This document shows positions 9,028-20,515 of a stretch of 59,932 nucleotides of DNA, piece after piece (the first letter of the stretch is position 1; each line of letters starts with the position of its first letter). Source of the stretch: Granulicella sp. (GTDB taxonomy: Bacteria > Acidobacteriota > Terriglobia > Terriglobales > Acidobacteriaceae); the NCBI GenBank assembly GCA_027339965.1, contig DAHWNL010000086.1:1-59932 (forward strand). The letters run 5' to 3'. Under the pieces are notes generated by a model. That model was given only the letters and a program-made list of their open reading frames with translations, was not told where the DNA came from and ran no database searches. The position numbers and the translations under genes are program-made.

Positions 9028-9591
9028 ATGCTTCAAAGAGGTTGGATTGCAGCAGGATGTGCCATGGGGCTGGCTGCTTGTTTTGGGCTGGCTCAACTGG
9101 CGCGGAGCAGGAACGTTTCAGCCGCCGCCGAGTTGCTGCCAATCGGAAGTGAGGCACCGAACTTCACCCTGCCCTCGCAGGAAAATACCCCGGTCTCGCT
9201 CGACCAGTTCCGAGGAAAGTGGGTGGTGCTGTACTTCTACCCCAAGGACCAGACCGCCGGCTGCACCATCGAAGCACACAACTTCGAGCGCGACCTGAAG
9301 AAGTATGATGCGCTCCATGCCGTGGTGCTGGGCGTCTCTCTGGATACCGTGAATAGCCACCAGGCATTCTGCGCCAAAGATTCGCTCACATTCAAGCTGC
9401 TGGCCGATCCCAACCACAAGGTGGTGGATGAGTACGGCGTGCCGGTAAAGTCGTTTGGCCCCATTCACTACGCCGAGCGTGACACCTTTCTGATCTCGCC
9501 TCAGGGCAAGATCGTCAAGGAGTGGGAGGTCAAGGACATTCAGGCCCACAGCGCCGAGGTGCTGGCGGCGATCCGGGACCAGGGAAGATAG
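9028..9591 (+). CDS. bcp: peroxiredoxin, BCP/PrxQ family, with N-terminal signal or anchor
   Basis: YFYPKDQTAGCTIEA active-site motif; AAGGAG SD. Confidence 0.9.
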   Translation: MLQRGWIAAGCAMGLAACFGLAQLARSRNVSAAAELLPIGSEAPNFTLPSQENTPVSLDQFRGKWVVLYFYPKDQTAGCTIEAHNFERDLKKYDALHAVVLGVSLDTVNSHQAFCAKDSLTFKLLADPNHKVVDEYGVPVKSFGPIHYAERDTFLISPQGKIVKEWEVKDIQAHSAEVLAAIRDQGR

Positions 9592-9747
9592 CCCTGACGA
9601 GGCACGGATCCGGACGAGGCGCGGGTGATGAAGAGCGGGTAAAGATCGCCCAGGAAGACCCAAAGACACGGCCCAAAGGGTGGGACGCAACAACTCGGCC
9701 CGCACCAGGGACCAAAGTGCAGCGGAGCGCCTCTGCCCCCGAGACGC

Positions 9748-9785
9748 AAAAATGCCCGGCTCTCAACGCGAGGCCGGGCACTTTT
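9748..9785. terminator. bidirectional intrinsic terminator
   Basis: AAAAA-TGCCCGGC...GCCGGGCA-CTTTT between convergent genes. Confidence 0.75.
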
Positions 9786-9818
9786 GCTTGCCTTGTACTG
9801 CGGTTGTGGCGTCCGAAG

Positions 9819-10475
9819 TTACTTCTTCGGCGCAGCCTTCTTGACAGCCTTCTTTGCGGCCTTCTTGACGGCCTTCTTCGCAGGCGCCTTCTTGACGGCC
9901 TTCTTCACAGCTTTCTTTGCAGCTTTCTTCGTTGCCAAGGTCTTACCTCTCATAGTCGATTTTTTACTGCTGGTGCTCTTGTTGCCGACTGCCTTTTTTG
10001 AGGCAGACTTACCGCCGCGCAGAGCACCCGTTGCTTTCGCGGCAGAACTTGAACTCTTTTTAGCGGCCTTCTTCGCCGCTACCTTGACGGCCTTCTTCGC
10101 CGGAGCCTTGGCTGCCTTCTTCGCCGGACCCTTGACGGCCTTCTTCGCCGGAGCCTTGGCTGCCTTCTTCGCCGGACCCTTGACGGCTTTCTTCGCCGGA
10201 GCCTTGACGGCCTTCTTCGCCGGAGCCTTTCTGGGAGGCCGGGGCGAAGTGCTGGGAGTTGGCGGCGCGGCCTGGGTAAAAGCCTCAGACGATGAGGTTC
10301 CCGCTGCGGGAGCGAAGAGTTCGGCTTCTTCCACGCGATTGACCGAGATCAGATTGAACTCTTCCTCTTCTTCTTCATCGAGCGAATTGATGTCGGCAGT
10401 CTCGCCAGCCTCATCTTCTTCTCCTTCTCCATAGCCCGCCGCATAAAGCTTGATGGTCTCTTCGTCCTGCAACAT
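9819..10475 (-). CDS. histone H1-like protein (acidic N-terminus, PAKKA repeats)
   Basis: GGGAGAGGA SD; E/D-rich N-terminus; repeated (A/G)PAKKA(V/A)K. Confidence 0.85.
   Translation of the reverse strand: MLQDEETIKLYAAGYGEGEEDEAGETADINSLDEEEEEEFNLISVNRVEEAELFAPAAGTSSSEAFTQAAPPTPSTSPRPPRKAPAKKAVKAPAKKAVKGPAKKAAKAPAKKAVKGPAKKAAKAPAKKAVKVAAKKAAKKSSSSAAKATGALRGGKSASKKAVGNKSTSSKKSTMRGKTLATKKAAKKAVKKAVKKAPAKKAVKKAAKKAVKKAAPKK
10082..10225. repeat. 24-bp coding tandem repeat x6 (APAKKAVK units)
   Basis: Consensus CCTTGACGGCCTTCTTCGCCGGAG; the first four units alternate between two variants. Confidence 0.9.
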
Positions 10476-10693
10476 AACGTCCTCTCCCAGCTACCGGATC
10501 TTTGTCTCTTGGCTTCTGTTGCTTGGCTTCTGTTGCCCGATCATCGTCTTCGGTTGAGTGACTCCATCGTCTGCCACCAGCATCTGTCCAAACTCTGTGA
10601 TGCCATGGAGACGTCTTGCAAGCTTGATGACAACAGAATTACGCGCGAAGAGAAGAAATAGCAAGCACCTTTTTTAGGGCAGTGCATTTTTTT

Positions 10694-12730
10694 CTACTGG
10701 GTCTGCTTCTTCTTTGCACTCTTTCGGGAAGCTCGACCATGGCTGGAGGGGTGCGCCGAGGCTTTGCCATGGGTGATCTTGCCTCGAGAGGCTGAGCTGG
10801 GGTGATGGACGGTTCTCCGCAACGGACGGCGATGGATCGAATGGCGGCGTATGCGAGGCGAGGAAGCCAGGCGGATCGGCTCGACGACATAGATCGAACG
10901 CCCCGGTCGAACGTAGTTGGAATGGAGGTGATTCCATCGCCGCAGTTGTTCTACGGAGACGCCAAACCGATCCGCAACCGTGACCAGCGTATCCTTTCTG
11001 CGCATCCGGTAACGCGTACCGGGCGTCAGCCGGCTGCTGGCTCGGAGTGGAATCACAAGTTCGTCGCCGGGCTGAACCGGGCCAGTGAGGTCATTGACGG
11101 AGGTAATCTGGCTGGCGCTGGCATGGAGCGAGGCCGCGATCTGCTCCAGATCTTCGCCATTCTGCACCACGTGAAAGCGCCAACGGGTGCGATCCTCCTC
11201 CGGGATGTTCTTCAGACGCGTCAGGAACATCTCGCGGCTCCCGGCAGGAATGTGCAGATCGTAAGGGATGTCCTGCGGCGTGGAAAGACGGAGCAGAGCG
11301 GGATTAAGCGACACGATCTCGGCCAGCGTGGAGTTGGTGAGGTCAGCCACCAGGCGCATGTCAATGGCATAGCTGGTGGTGACGTCATCAAAGAGCACCG
11401 GCGGGTCGGGCGTCATGTCAGCCAAGCCGTAGAGCTTGGGATTCTTGGCCATAATGGCGGCGGCGATGATGCTGGGCACGTAGGCCTTGGTCTCAGCCGG
11501 CAACGCATTGAGCTTGTAAAGTTCCCAGTAATCGGCGTAGCCGGTTCGGGCCACCGCGCGTTGCACGTTCCCGGGTCCCCAGTTGTAAGCCGCCATGGCC
11601 AGATACCAGTCGCCAAACTGGTCGTGGAGCTCCTTCATGTACCGGGCGTAGGCCAGCGTCGACTGTTCGGGATCAAATCGCTCGTCGAAGAATCCGTTGC
11701 GCTCCAGGCCATAGGGTCCACTGAAAGGCATGAACTGCCACATGCCGCCGGCACCGGAACTGGGGTTGACGGCCTGGGGCTGGAAGCCGGACTCGGCGAC
11801 GGCCAGGTAGATCAGATCCTGGGGAACGCCCTGAGCGGCCAGATCTTTGGAGATCATCGCGCTGTACCGTCCGGCGCGCTGCAGCGAACTCTCCAGATGG
11901 GCGTGACCGGAGCGCGAGTTGGTGAAGTAGTTGATCCAGCCGGCCACATAGTCATTCACCACCAGAGGAAGGTCGGACTTGGTGGTCTTCAACTGTGTAG
12001 CGATCTTGCCCACTAATTGAGGGTTGGCCGGGAAGGTCACCTCGTTGGCGGCCTGAGCGGGAGCTTCCTGGATCTGCTCGGAGAAGCCGCTGCCTTGCTT
12101 GAGTGCGAACATCTCCAGGGAGTTGATGGCGGAGAGCAGTTGGTCGAAGGCGTCGGCGAGCTGGGGATCGTTCTTGAGATCCATCCCGCTGGTAAGCATC
12201 GTATCCACGGCGAAGTCAAAGTCCTGGCGGGCCGCGTCCAAGCGGTTGTTGTTGTAGTTCTGTACCCCGGCCTGGTAGCTGGCTTCCGCTCGGGCGATCA
12301 GCTCCTGGACCCGCTGCTGGTGCTGCTCGGCTCTGCGCTGGCGAGCCGCTTTCTCAGCTTGAGCTTGCTGAGCCTGGGCCGCGCTCTGGCTTGAGTTCTG
12401 GATCAGACTCGAAGCCTGCGGGTGCAAGCCAGGCGCCGTGCTGTTGGCCGCCGCGTTGCCGGGAAAAGCGTAGCGCCGGCTACCCTGGCAGCCGGACAGC
12501 GCCAGGACCAGCAACGGCAAACAGACGGCGATGAGGGCGCCATGCCGGGAAAAGCACGTAGGGGTATCTCCGTGCGAGTGCAACCCAGCGCTTCGACGAT
12601 GCGAGACGTCTTTCCCAACCACCGGGGTCTCCGGCAAGCTTGCCTGCTGGAGCGGAATGGAAACGCCGCAGCAAACCCGCCGTGGGAGATCGATCTGCTC
12701 CGGATAAGCTACAACTCTCGGCTTCGGCAT
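10694..12730 (-). CDS. mltD: lipoprotein lytic transglycosylase with LysM domains (MltD-like); start uncertain
   Basis: Lipobox LSGC; SLT motifs AVAESGF, AGGMWQF, AAYNWG and ETKAYV; two LysM repeats. Confidence 0.88.
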   Translation of the reverse strand: MPKPRVVAYPEQIDLPRRVCCGVSIPLQQASLPETPVVGKDVSHRRSAGLHSHGDTPTCFSRHGALIAVCLPLLVLALSGCQGSRRYAFPGNAAANSTAPGLHPQASSLIQNSSQSAAQAQQAQAEKAARQRRAEQHQQRVQELIARAEASYQAGVQNYNNNRLDAARQDFDFAVDTMLTSGMDLKNDPQLADAFDQLLSAINSLEMFALKQGSGFSEQIQEAPAQAANEVTFPANPQLVGKIATQLKTTKSDLPLVVNDYVAGWINYFTNSRSGHAHLESSLQRAGRYSAMISKDLAAQGVPQDLIYLAVAESGFQPQAVNPSSGAGGMWQFMPFSGPYGLERNGFFDERFDPEQSTLAYARYMKELHDQFGDWYLAMAAYNWGPGNVQRAVARTGYADYWELYKLNALPAETKAYVPSIIAAAIMAKNPKLYGLADMTPDPPVLFDDVTTSYAIDMRLVADLTNSTLAEIVSLNPALLRLSTPQDIPYDLHIPAGSREMFLTRLKNIPEEDRTRWRFHVVQNGEDLEQIAASLHASASQITSVNDLTGPVQPGDELVIPLRASSRLTPGTRYRMRRKDTLVTVADRFGVSVEQLRRWNHLHSNYVRPGRSIYVVEPIRLASSPRIRRHSIHRRPLRRTVHHPSSASRGKITHGKASAHPSSHGRASRKSAKKKQTQ

Positions 12731-12946
12731 CAACCCTCCCATTGTAAGCGGTGCTTTCCCAGAGACCGCCGGCGATGGATCTGCGAGCGTTCCCCGAAGC
12801 TGCCGATGCCGCATGCGCACAGCAGCGAACCCGCAAAGCGTGGGGACCTCGGATGCCCGAGCAGCGGATGTTAAGATGGAGTCTGTACATCCCATTCCAC
12901 CCCGGCGCGCAGACATTGCCCGCCGGCGTGCCCGGCTTCACTCTCC

Positions 12947-14749
<1,803 letters not shown>

Positions 14750-14932
14750 GGAGAGCGGAGGCGGCAGCAAGACTCTCGCCCCGCGAAGCAGCAAGGAGTT
14801 CTGCCGGGGAAGAACAAGCAGACTTGCCGGGCCCGGCGCAGATAGGACAGGAAGCAAACAAGGAGCAAAGAGAAAGGAGACCTTCCGGCCTCCTTTCCCT
14901 TCATCGCAAAGCCGGCTTCTTCTTCGCTGTTA

Positions 14933-15592
14933 TTATCGCGGAGCTCCGGTCGGAGCAGCGTGCTGCGGCGTGGGAGCCGGCGGCGGCAACGGGGCTACCC
15001 CCGAGGCGGCGTTGTAGGCGTTAACCACGGCTTGTGTGATATCTGTCTCCTGCTGCCACCACAGGACGGTGGGAAGCCCCTGCGCGGCACCCTCATTCAG
15101 CAGTACGGTAAAGCCATGATCCTGAGCATACTTGACGGCTGTTCCGCCGAACTTCTGCGCAACCTTGCCGTAAGCCTGCTGAACGTCCTGATTGTAGGCG
15201 TTCTGAGCATCTTCAACGTTGCGCTGGAGCGCCTTTTCCTTGTCATCGATGTTCTTCAGGCGGGCCGCCCGCTCTTGGTCGGAGATGTTGGCCGGCAGCG
15301 CCTGATACTGCTTCTTCAGCGAGTCAACCTCGGTGGAGAGCGCCTCAATGGCGTCCTTCTTGGGCTCATACTTCTTCTGAATGTCGGCAACGGCGCGTTG
15401 ACCCTCATTGGTGGCGATCACTCCTTGCTCGAAAGCAATGATGGCAATCTTGGCGGGGATGGCTTGGGGATGTACCGCCGCGGGGGTAGCGTTGGCTGGC
15501 TTGGCAACGGCAGATTTGGTGGTCTGTGCGATGAGAGAGGAGGCTGCGAGGCCGGTCGCCAGCGCAGTAGCAAGGACAAGGGTACGGTTCAT
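14933..15592 (-). CDS. skp: OmpH/Skp periplasmic chaperone
   Basis: Signal peptide MNRTLVLATALA; KIAII, long coiled coil, DITQAVV C-terminal motif. Confidence 0.88.
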   Translation of the reverse strand: MNRTLVLATALATGLAASSLIAQTTKSAVAKPANATPAAVHPQAIPAKIAIIAFEQGVIATNEGQRAVADIQKKYEPKKDAIEALSTEVDSLKKQYQALPANISDQERAARLKNIDDKEKALQRNVEDAQNAYNQDVQQAYGKVAQKFGGTAVKYAQDHGFTVLLNEGAAQGLPTVLWWQQETDITQAVVNAYNAASGVAPLPPPAPTPQHAAPTGAPR

Positions 15593-15855
15593 GCGATGTG
15601 TAAGGCTCCTTGACAAGAATCCGGATTCCGGAGATTTCGGCTGGGTTGATCCCGGCGCCACGCGCCGCTGGGAGGGCTGCCGCACCTTACTTCCGCCCGT
15701 TGAAACACTCGAGAGTGCCGCCGGCTCGCTCCTTCTCAATGATCAAGTCTGAAGGAATAGGCTCGCGGGCGCGAGAGGACAGTAAGCTGAGCGTAATTAT
15801 AGGAGACTGGCTAGGCCGGGTCAATCTGCCCCCGGGCAGGGAACAGCCAAACTGT

Positions 15856-15885
15856 TTGACCAAGCCCCTCCTTCCCCGGTAAACT
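15856..15885 (+). promoter_or_regulatory. sigma70-type promoter for rplU-rpmA (TTGACC-N18-TAAACT)
   Basis: Near-consensus hexamers about 300 nt upstream of rplU. Confidence 0.55.
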
Positions 15886-16187
15886 CATAGAGTTTGGCGG
15901 TGTGGCGAGAGTCTCCCTCTCTCTGCTCAGGCAGACGCGCAGATGGACAGGGATCTCAGGCAGCTCTAGGAGTTCGCCCCGTCCAGATTCAGGTCGGCTT
16001 TGCGCCGCTCCCGACTTTGGTAGCGGTTCTTGGGGCCTTTTCTTCGCGTCCTTACAACTCCAACAACACATCCCTGCGAGCCCTCGGTTTTGCAGAATCC
16101 TGCAAGACGTTTGGTTGAACAAACGCAGAGAGGAAATTGAAAAGGCAGCGTTTGGCGCTTGGCCATCCTGCCATGAGGTTTGAAGCC

Positions 16188-16520
16188 ATGTATGCAGTGA
16201 TCAAGACTGGTGGAAAGCAGTACCGTGTCGCTCCCGGCGACACCGTCCGCATCGAGAAGTCTGCCCACGAGCAGGGTGCTATCACCTTCTCTGAAGTTCT
16301 GGCCGTCTCCAGCGAAGAGGGCAAGTTTGAGAGCGATCTCAACGGTGCCCGGGTCCTCGCCGAGGTTGTTCAGGAGGGCCGTGGAGACAAGATTCTGGTC
16401 TTCCACTACAAGCGCAAAAAGCAGTACAAAAAGCTTCAGGGCCACCGCCAGAGCTTTGTCGAGGTCAAGATCCAGGAGATCGTGGTCGGCGGCAGGAGCT
16501 TCAAAGCAAGCTCAAAGTAG
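16188..16520 (+). CDS. rplU: 50S ribosomal protein L21
   Basis: MYAVIKTGGKQYRV...GHRQ; GAGG SD. Confidence 0.98.
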   Translation: MYAVIKTGGKQYRVAPGDTVRIEKSAHEQGAITFSEVLAVSSEEGKFESDLNGARVLAEVVQEGRGDKILVFHYKRKKQYKKLQGHRQSFVEVKIQEIVVGGRSFKASSK

Positions 16521-16625
16521 CCTCCATGCAGCGCGCGATTTAGCCCCGCTGCGCGGACGCGCACCAAAGGGCAAAAGATATTCAGAAGATGCAGCGCCTC
16601 CGTGGGGCGCGAAAGGCGGATAGCA

Positions 16626-16895
16626 ATGGCACATAAAAAGGGTTTAGGGAGCTCCAAAAACGGCCGCGACTCCAATGCGCAGCGGCTCGGCGTCAAGCGC
16701 TTCGCCGGCGAGACCGTCAGCGGCGGCTCCATCCTCGTCCGGCAGCGTGGCACGCCGCTGAAGCCCGGCAAGAACGTCGGCTGCGGCTCCGACGATACTC
16801 TCTACGCCAAGATTGACGGCGTCGTGAAGTTCCAGAATCGCGGCCGGCAGGGCCGCTTCGTCTCCATCATCGCCAGCCAGTCCGCCTCCGCCTGA
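16626..16895 (+). CDS. rpmA: 50S ribosomal protein L27
   Basis: [24 protein letters not shown]. Confidence 0.99.
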   Translation: MAHKKGLGSSKNGRDSNAQRLGVKRFAGETVSGGSILVRQRGTPLKPGKNVGCGSDDTLYAKIDGVVKFQNRGRQGRFVSIIASQSASA

Positions 16896-16915
16896 CCTAT
16901 CTGCCCTGACGATCT

Positions 16916-16968
16916 AACCCCGGACCCCCAACGCGGCAATGCTTCCGCGTTGGGGGTCCGGAGGGGTT
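16916..16968. terminator. strong hairpin after rpmA (terminator or stabiliser)
   Basis: 17-bp perfect stem 16920-16936/16945-16961; weak U-tract. Confidence 0.6.
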
Positions 16969-17155
16969 GCCGTTTAGGGCGGAAGGAAAGGCCGCAACGA
17001 GCCCGTTTCGGCAGAGCCACCCACTCTCAAAACACGAAGGTGCGCTTCCTTGGCTGGCGGTCAGAGCCGTGCGCCAAGCTGGCTGCCGGCCTGAACTCCC
17101 TTGCCCAAGTCTTGCCCAGCTTGGAGTCCCGATGGTCTAGCCAAATCCCAATGCT

Positions 17156-17812
17156 TTAGCCCTTGCCCTCCAAGGGCCAGGTCAGCCGGTCGACCGAGAA
17201 GATGTCCCGGGTGGTGCAGTAACCGCCGGCGCCGTGCATCCTCCCAATCAGCCGCAGCTGGGCGGGATCAATGCGCAGATGCTCCAGATTCGCAAAGGCT
17301 GACTCCCGCACGTGCACATACAACACACGTCCCAGCGCAATCGTTCCACTTCCGCCGGGCTCAATCACCTCGAATATCTTGCACTCCAGCCCAACCGGCG
17401 ATCCCGCAATCCGAGGTACGTCCACCACCACACTCTTGGCCAGATCCAGCCCCGCCAGCTTGGTCTCATCGACCCCGCGCGGAGCATTGGCCGCCGTTAC
17501 GTTCATCGCCTGCGCCAGGTCCTCTGGCACCAGGTTCACCACAAACTCTCCGTTGGTCCTGATATTGGCCAGCGTGTCCTTGCCCTCCCGGTCTGGCGCG
17601 GCGGAAAAGCCAATGGCCACCAGCGGAGGGTCGGCGGACAGAATGTTGAAAAATGAAAAAGGCGCCGCATTCAGACGGCCTTCCCCATCCCGGCTCACCA
17701 CCCAGGCAATGGGACGAGGCAAAATCACCGAGGCCAGAAGCTTGTAGACATCCGGCTTCGGCATCTCCATCAGGTCAAAGTGAGCAAACCCATTCTTCAC
17801 GACGTAACTCAT
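17156..17812 (-). CDS. flavin reductase-like (FMN-binding split barrel) protein
   Basis: PRPIAWV, NAAPFSFFN, KDTLANI and EFVVN motifs. Confidence 0.9.
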   Translation of the reverse strand: MSYVVKNGFAHFDLMEMPKPDVYKLLASVILPRPIAWVVSRDGEGRLNAAPFSFFNILSADPPLVAIGFSAAPDREGKDTLANIRTNGEFVVNLVPEDLAQAMNVTAANAPRGVDETKLAGLDLAKSVVVDVPRIAGSPVGLECKIFEVIEPGGSGTIALGRVLYVHVRESAFANLEHLRIDPAQLRLIGRMHGAGGYCTTRDIFSVDRLTWPLEGKG

Positions 17813-17855
17813 GCAAAATCTCCTGTCTTCCTGCTGGTTGGCTTCCGAGCTTGCC

Positions 17856-18845
17856 TCATTCGACGGGGCCGGCTTCCGTCACCGCCGGCTTGCCCTTGTC
17901 ATTCCAGGCCACAAATGCCGCGGGAACCTGGTGGTCGTGGGTAAACAACACCAGCCACTGCTCCGGAATCGCCCTCGCCCAGAATCGCTTGCGCTCCTGA
18001 ATACAGGTTAATGGATCCAGGTCATAGCCCATCACCCAAGTAGCGTCCAGATGATGGTGAGTGGGCACCAAGTCGCTGACGTAACATGCATGGCGGACCG
18101 CTCCGCCGTGCGCCTTTGCCTCGATATGAACTCCCAGCAGGCTTAAGGTATGGCCGGGCAGATTCTCCACCGTCACGCCCGGCACGATCTGCAGCTCGGT
18201 CTGAATGCGCAGCGGAGGCAGCGTCCTGCCGGCCTCCGGCTTGAACCTTGGATCCCCTGGAGTAAAACCACCCCGTCCGCCGGGATCGATCAGCGTAAGC
18301 TGGCCGCTCTCAATCAGCGGGTCATAGTTTGGCCATAGATAGCTCACCCGGTCTCGCTCCAGTTGCAGGCGTCCGTGCGCGAGTTCGCCGGCCGGAGCAA
18401 AGTAGCGCGCGTTGGGGAAGGTCGGACGCGAGACTCCATCGGCTTCCAGCGTGGTATTCCATCCGCAGTGGTCAAAGTGCAGGTGGGTGTTCACCACGTG
18501 GGTGACCTCTTCCACCCGCACCCCCGCTGCCGCCAAGGAGGCCGGCAGGCGTTCCTGATTCTGGTGAATTTCACGTAGCTTGGCTGGCTGCTTGTTCCCA
18601 ATGCCGGTCTCAATCAGGACCACGGCCGCGCCGGTTCTCACCACCACGGTGTTCAGCCCCAGCAAGATCCGATTCTGCTCATCGGCGGGCGTGCGCTTCT
18701 CCCACATCGGCTTGGGCACCACGCCAAACATCGCCCCGCCATCCAGCATGTAGGTTCCATCGCTGCAGATGATCAGCTCCAAATCTCCCAGCGGCCGCCG
18801 CAGCCGCACCAATTCATCGTCTTGTTTTGTAGAAGCCGGATGCAT
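17856..18845 (-). CDS. MBL-fold metallo-hydrolase (YtnP-like)
   Basis: LDGGAMFGVVPK, THLHFDHCG, PGHT and FTHD motifs. Confidence 0.92.
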   Translation of the reverse strand: MHPASTKQDDELVRLRRPLGDLELIICSDGTYMLDGGAMFGVVPKPMWEKRTPADEQNRILLGLNTVVVRTGAAVVLIETGIGNKQPAKLREIHQNQERLPASLAAAGVRVEEVTHVVNTHLHFDHCGWNTTLEADGVSRPTFPNARYFAPAGELAHGRLQLERDRVSYLWPNYDPLIESGQLTLIDPGGRGGFTPGDPRFKPEAGRTLPPLRIQTELQIVPGVTVENLPGHTLSLLGVHIEAKAHGGAVRHACYVSDLVPTHHHLDATWVMGYDLDPLTCIQERKRFWARAIPEQWLVLFTHDHQVPAAFVAWNDKGKPAVTEAGPVE

Positions 18846-18927
18846 TGAGCGAGTATACGTCGCACGCCAGGCAGCCTGCGGCTGCGGGAAGACCCATAAT
18901 CGCTCGGCGACTTGGCCCGTCGCGCGG

Positions 18928-19413
18928 CTACCGCGCCTTGGTCGCTCTCATCGCCTGATCGTGAGCCGGCTCGCCTTCCGGCATCAGCACACGGGGTGTC
19001 TGGGCGATCATCTCCATGGCCGCAGGTCCGGCAGCGCCCAGCGCCACCGAAGCAGGCTCTTTAGCCTGAGGGGGCGCACCACTCCCCGCCGGCACCGCCT
19101 CCGGCGACGTCTGCTTCATCTGGAAGCAGGAGCGGCAGAGCACCGGGCGCCCCTGCGTGGGCTTGAACGGCACGGTGGTTTCAATCCCGCATGCCGAACA
19201 TGTCGTCCGCGTCTCAGTTCGAGAGAAGGGCAAAACCGGCGTTCCGCTGCCAGTCACTGCCCGGCCCACACCGGCCCGCTTCGCCTTGCAAAGCTTACAG
19301 CGCTTGGGGTCGTTCTTGAATTGCTTGTCGTAGAAGAAAATCTGTTCCCCGGCAGTGAACATGAAATCCTGTCCACAGTCGGAGCACTTCAGCAATCGAT
19401 CGACGAATTGCAT
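18928..19413 (-). CDS. double zinc-ribbon protein (zf-trcl plus CxxC-x17-CxxC)
   Basis: CSDCGQDFMFTAGEQIFF...PKRCKLC and CSACG...VPFKPTQGRPVLCRSCF. Confidence 0.9.
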   Translation of the reverse strand: MQFVDRLLKCSDCGQDFMFTAGEQIFFYDKQFKNDPKRCKLCKAKRAGVGRAVTGSGTPVLPFSRTETRTTCSACGIETTVPFKPTQGRPVLCRSCFQMKQTSPEAVPAGSGAPPQAKEPASVALGAAGPAAMEMIAQTPRVLMPEGEPAHDQAMRATKAR

Positions 19414-19760
19414 TGCGGCTTCTCCCATCCTGCGGGATTGGGATGAATCGCAGCCGGAACCATCAAACCATCAATGGATAAAGCGTCTTCTTGGAATGGC
19501 CACAGACCCCCTGCCAACAGCAGGGGGTCACTTCGTGAAGAGAGCGCCACGAAGGATGGGTATCTCCGTGACAGGCAAAGACGCCTCGAACAATGGATGC
19601 GTTCAAACCTGGATTGATCTGCTACAAGGGCCCGGTGGTGCCGCCACAGGTTCTCTCACCAAACTCCGAGGAGCCTGCGGCATTCGACGGGAGACAGATG
19701 GCCAAGACCGGCATCCGCTCCCCGTCGAGCCTCTCTTACCTGCTCAGCTCAAGACGCCGA
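19414..19760 (-). promoter_or_regulatory. structured 5' leader (candidate cis-regulatory RNA) of the zinc-ribbon gene
   Basis: Five consecutive hairpins, three with minus-strand G-U pairs, plus a hairpin that sequesters the SD. Confidence 0.5.
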
Positions 19761-19979
19761 TTGCCGCACCAGTTCGACTCTGGCGGAACTTGCCCTCAGC
19801 ATCTCTTTTCCTGACTGCTTCCAACAAATGCACTTCCCCGAAGCAAATCGGTGTTCCAAATCTGCTGCGAACCATCTCCCCGTTCGCATCAGATCTGCTT
19901 CTCCGTTTCGCTTCGCCGTGGTTGGCGCCCTGACCGGTGAAATCGCCGGCCAGGGCGCTTTTAGCTAGAACACTCCGGC

Positions 19980-20177
19980 TTACTCTTGCTCTTTGCGCAC
20001 CTTTTTGCGGTTTCGCTTGCGCGCCAGCGCCTCTTTCACTCGCTTCTTTTCGCCCGGTTTCAGGTAAAAGGAGTGACGCTTGACCTCTTTGATGATGTCT
20101 TCGGTCTGCACCTTCCGCTTGAAACGGCGAAGAGCATTCTCCAAGGGCTCGCCCTCTTGAACACGTACCTCTGCCAA
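19980..20177 (-). CDS. rpsU: 30S ribosomal protein S21
   Basis: TTG start after GGAGGT SD; EGEPLENALRRFKRKV...FYLKPGEKKR. Confidence 0.97.
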   Translation of the reverse strand: MAEVRVQEGEPLENALRRFKRKVQTEDIIKEVKRHSFYLKPGEKKRVKEALARKRNRKKVRKEQE

Positions 20178-20515
20178 GATGAAATACACCTCCCGACCTG
20201 CCAAGACGGCTATCTCATCAGCATAGCCCCTCTCTCTGCTTTTGGCACAGGAAAATCTCCATCTTCCAACGCTTTCGCCCCAGCCGACAGATCGCCTCAG
20301 CGAAAGAAAGCGTTGCAATCCGATGAGAAGCTCCGGTTCAAGCACTCTGGCCCATCTTCCAAGCTGGGGTTCCCGCAGCAACCGTCTGCGGACGGAAGAT
20401 GGTTGTTCAGGCGGCTCAAGCTGGCCCCCAAGGTTCCCCGCCGGGCCGCGCGGCGAGGAGCGATTCTGAGCCACCCGCAAGGATTGCTCGCAAAGAGCCT
20501 TTTATACTCATCCTC

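Noticed and set aside
9784..10434. 216-aa Ala/Phe-rich ORF on the + strand
   Set aside because: Antisense shadow of the PAKKA repeat gene.
10802..12016. Long antisense ORFs (also 13919-14857, 23401-24357, 38048-39124, 43823-44902)
   Set aside because: Expected shadow ORFs opposite real genes in GC-rich DNA.
16602..16625. N-terminal extension on L27 (Prp-cleaved type)
   Set aside because: The true start is ATG 16626 (MAHKK); no prp gene lies between rplU and rpmA.
19842..19859. sigma54-like TTGGAACACCGATTTGCT upstream of the zinc-ribbon leader
   Set aside because: Spacing is GG-N11-GC rather than the obligatory N10.
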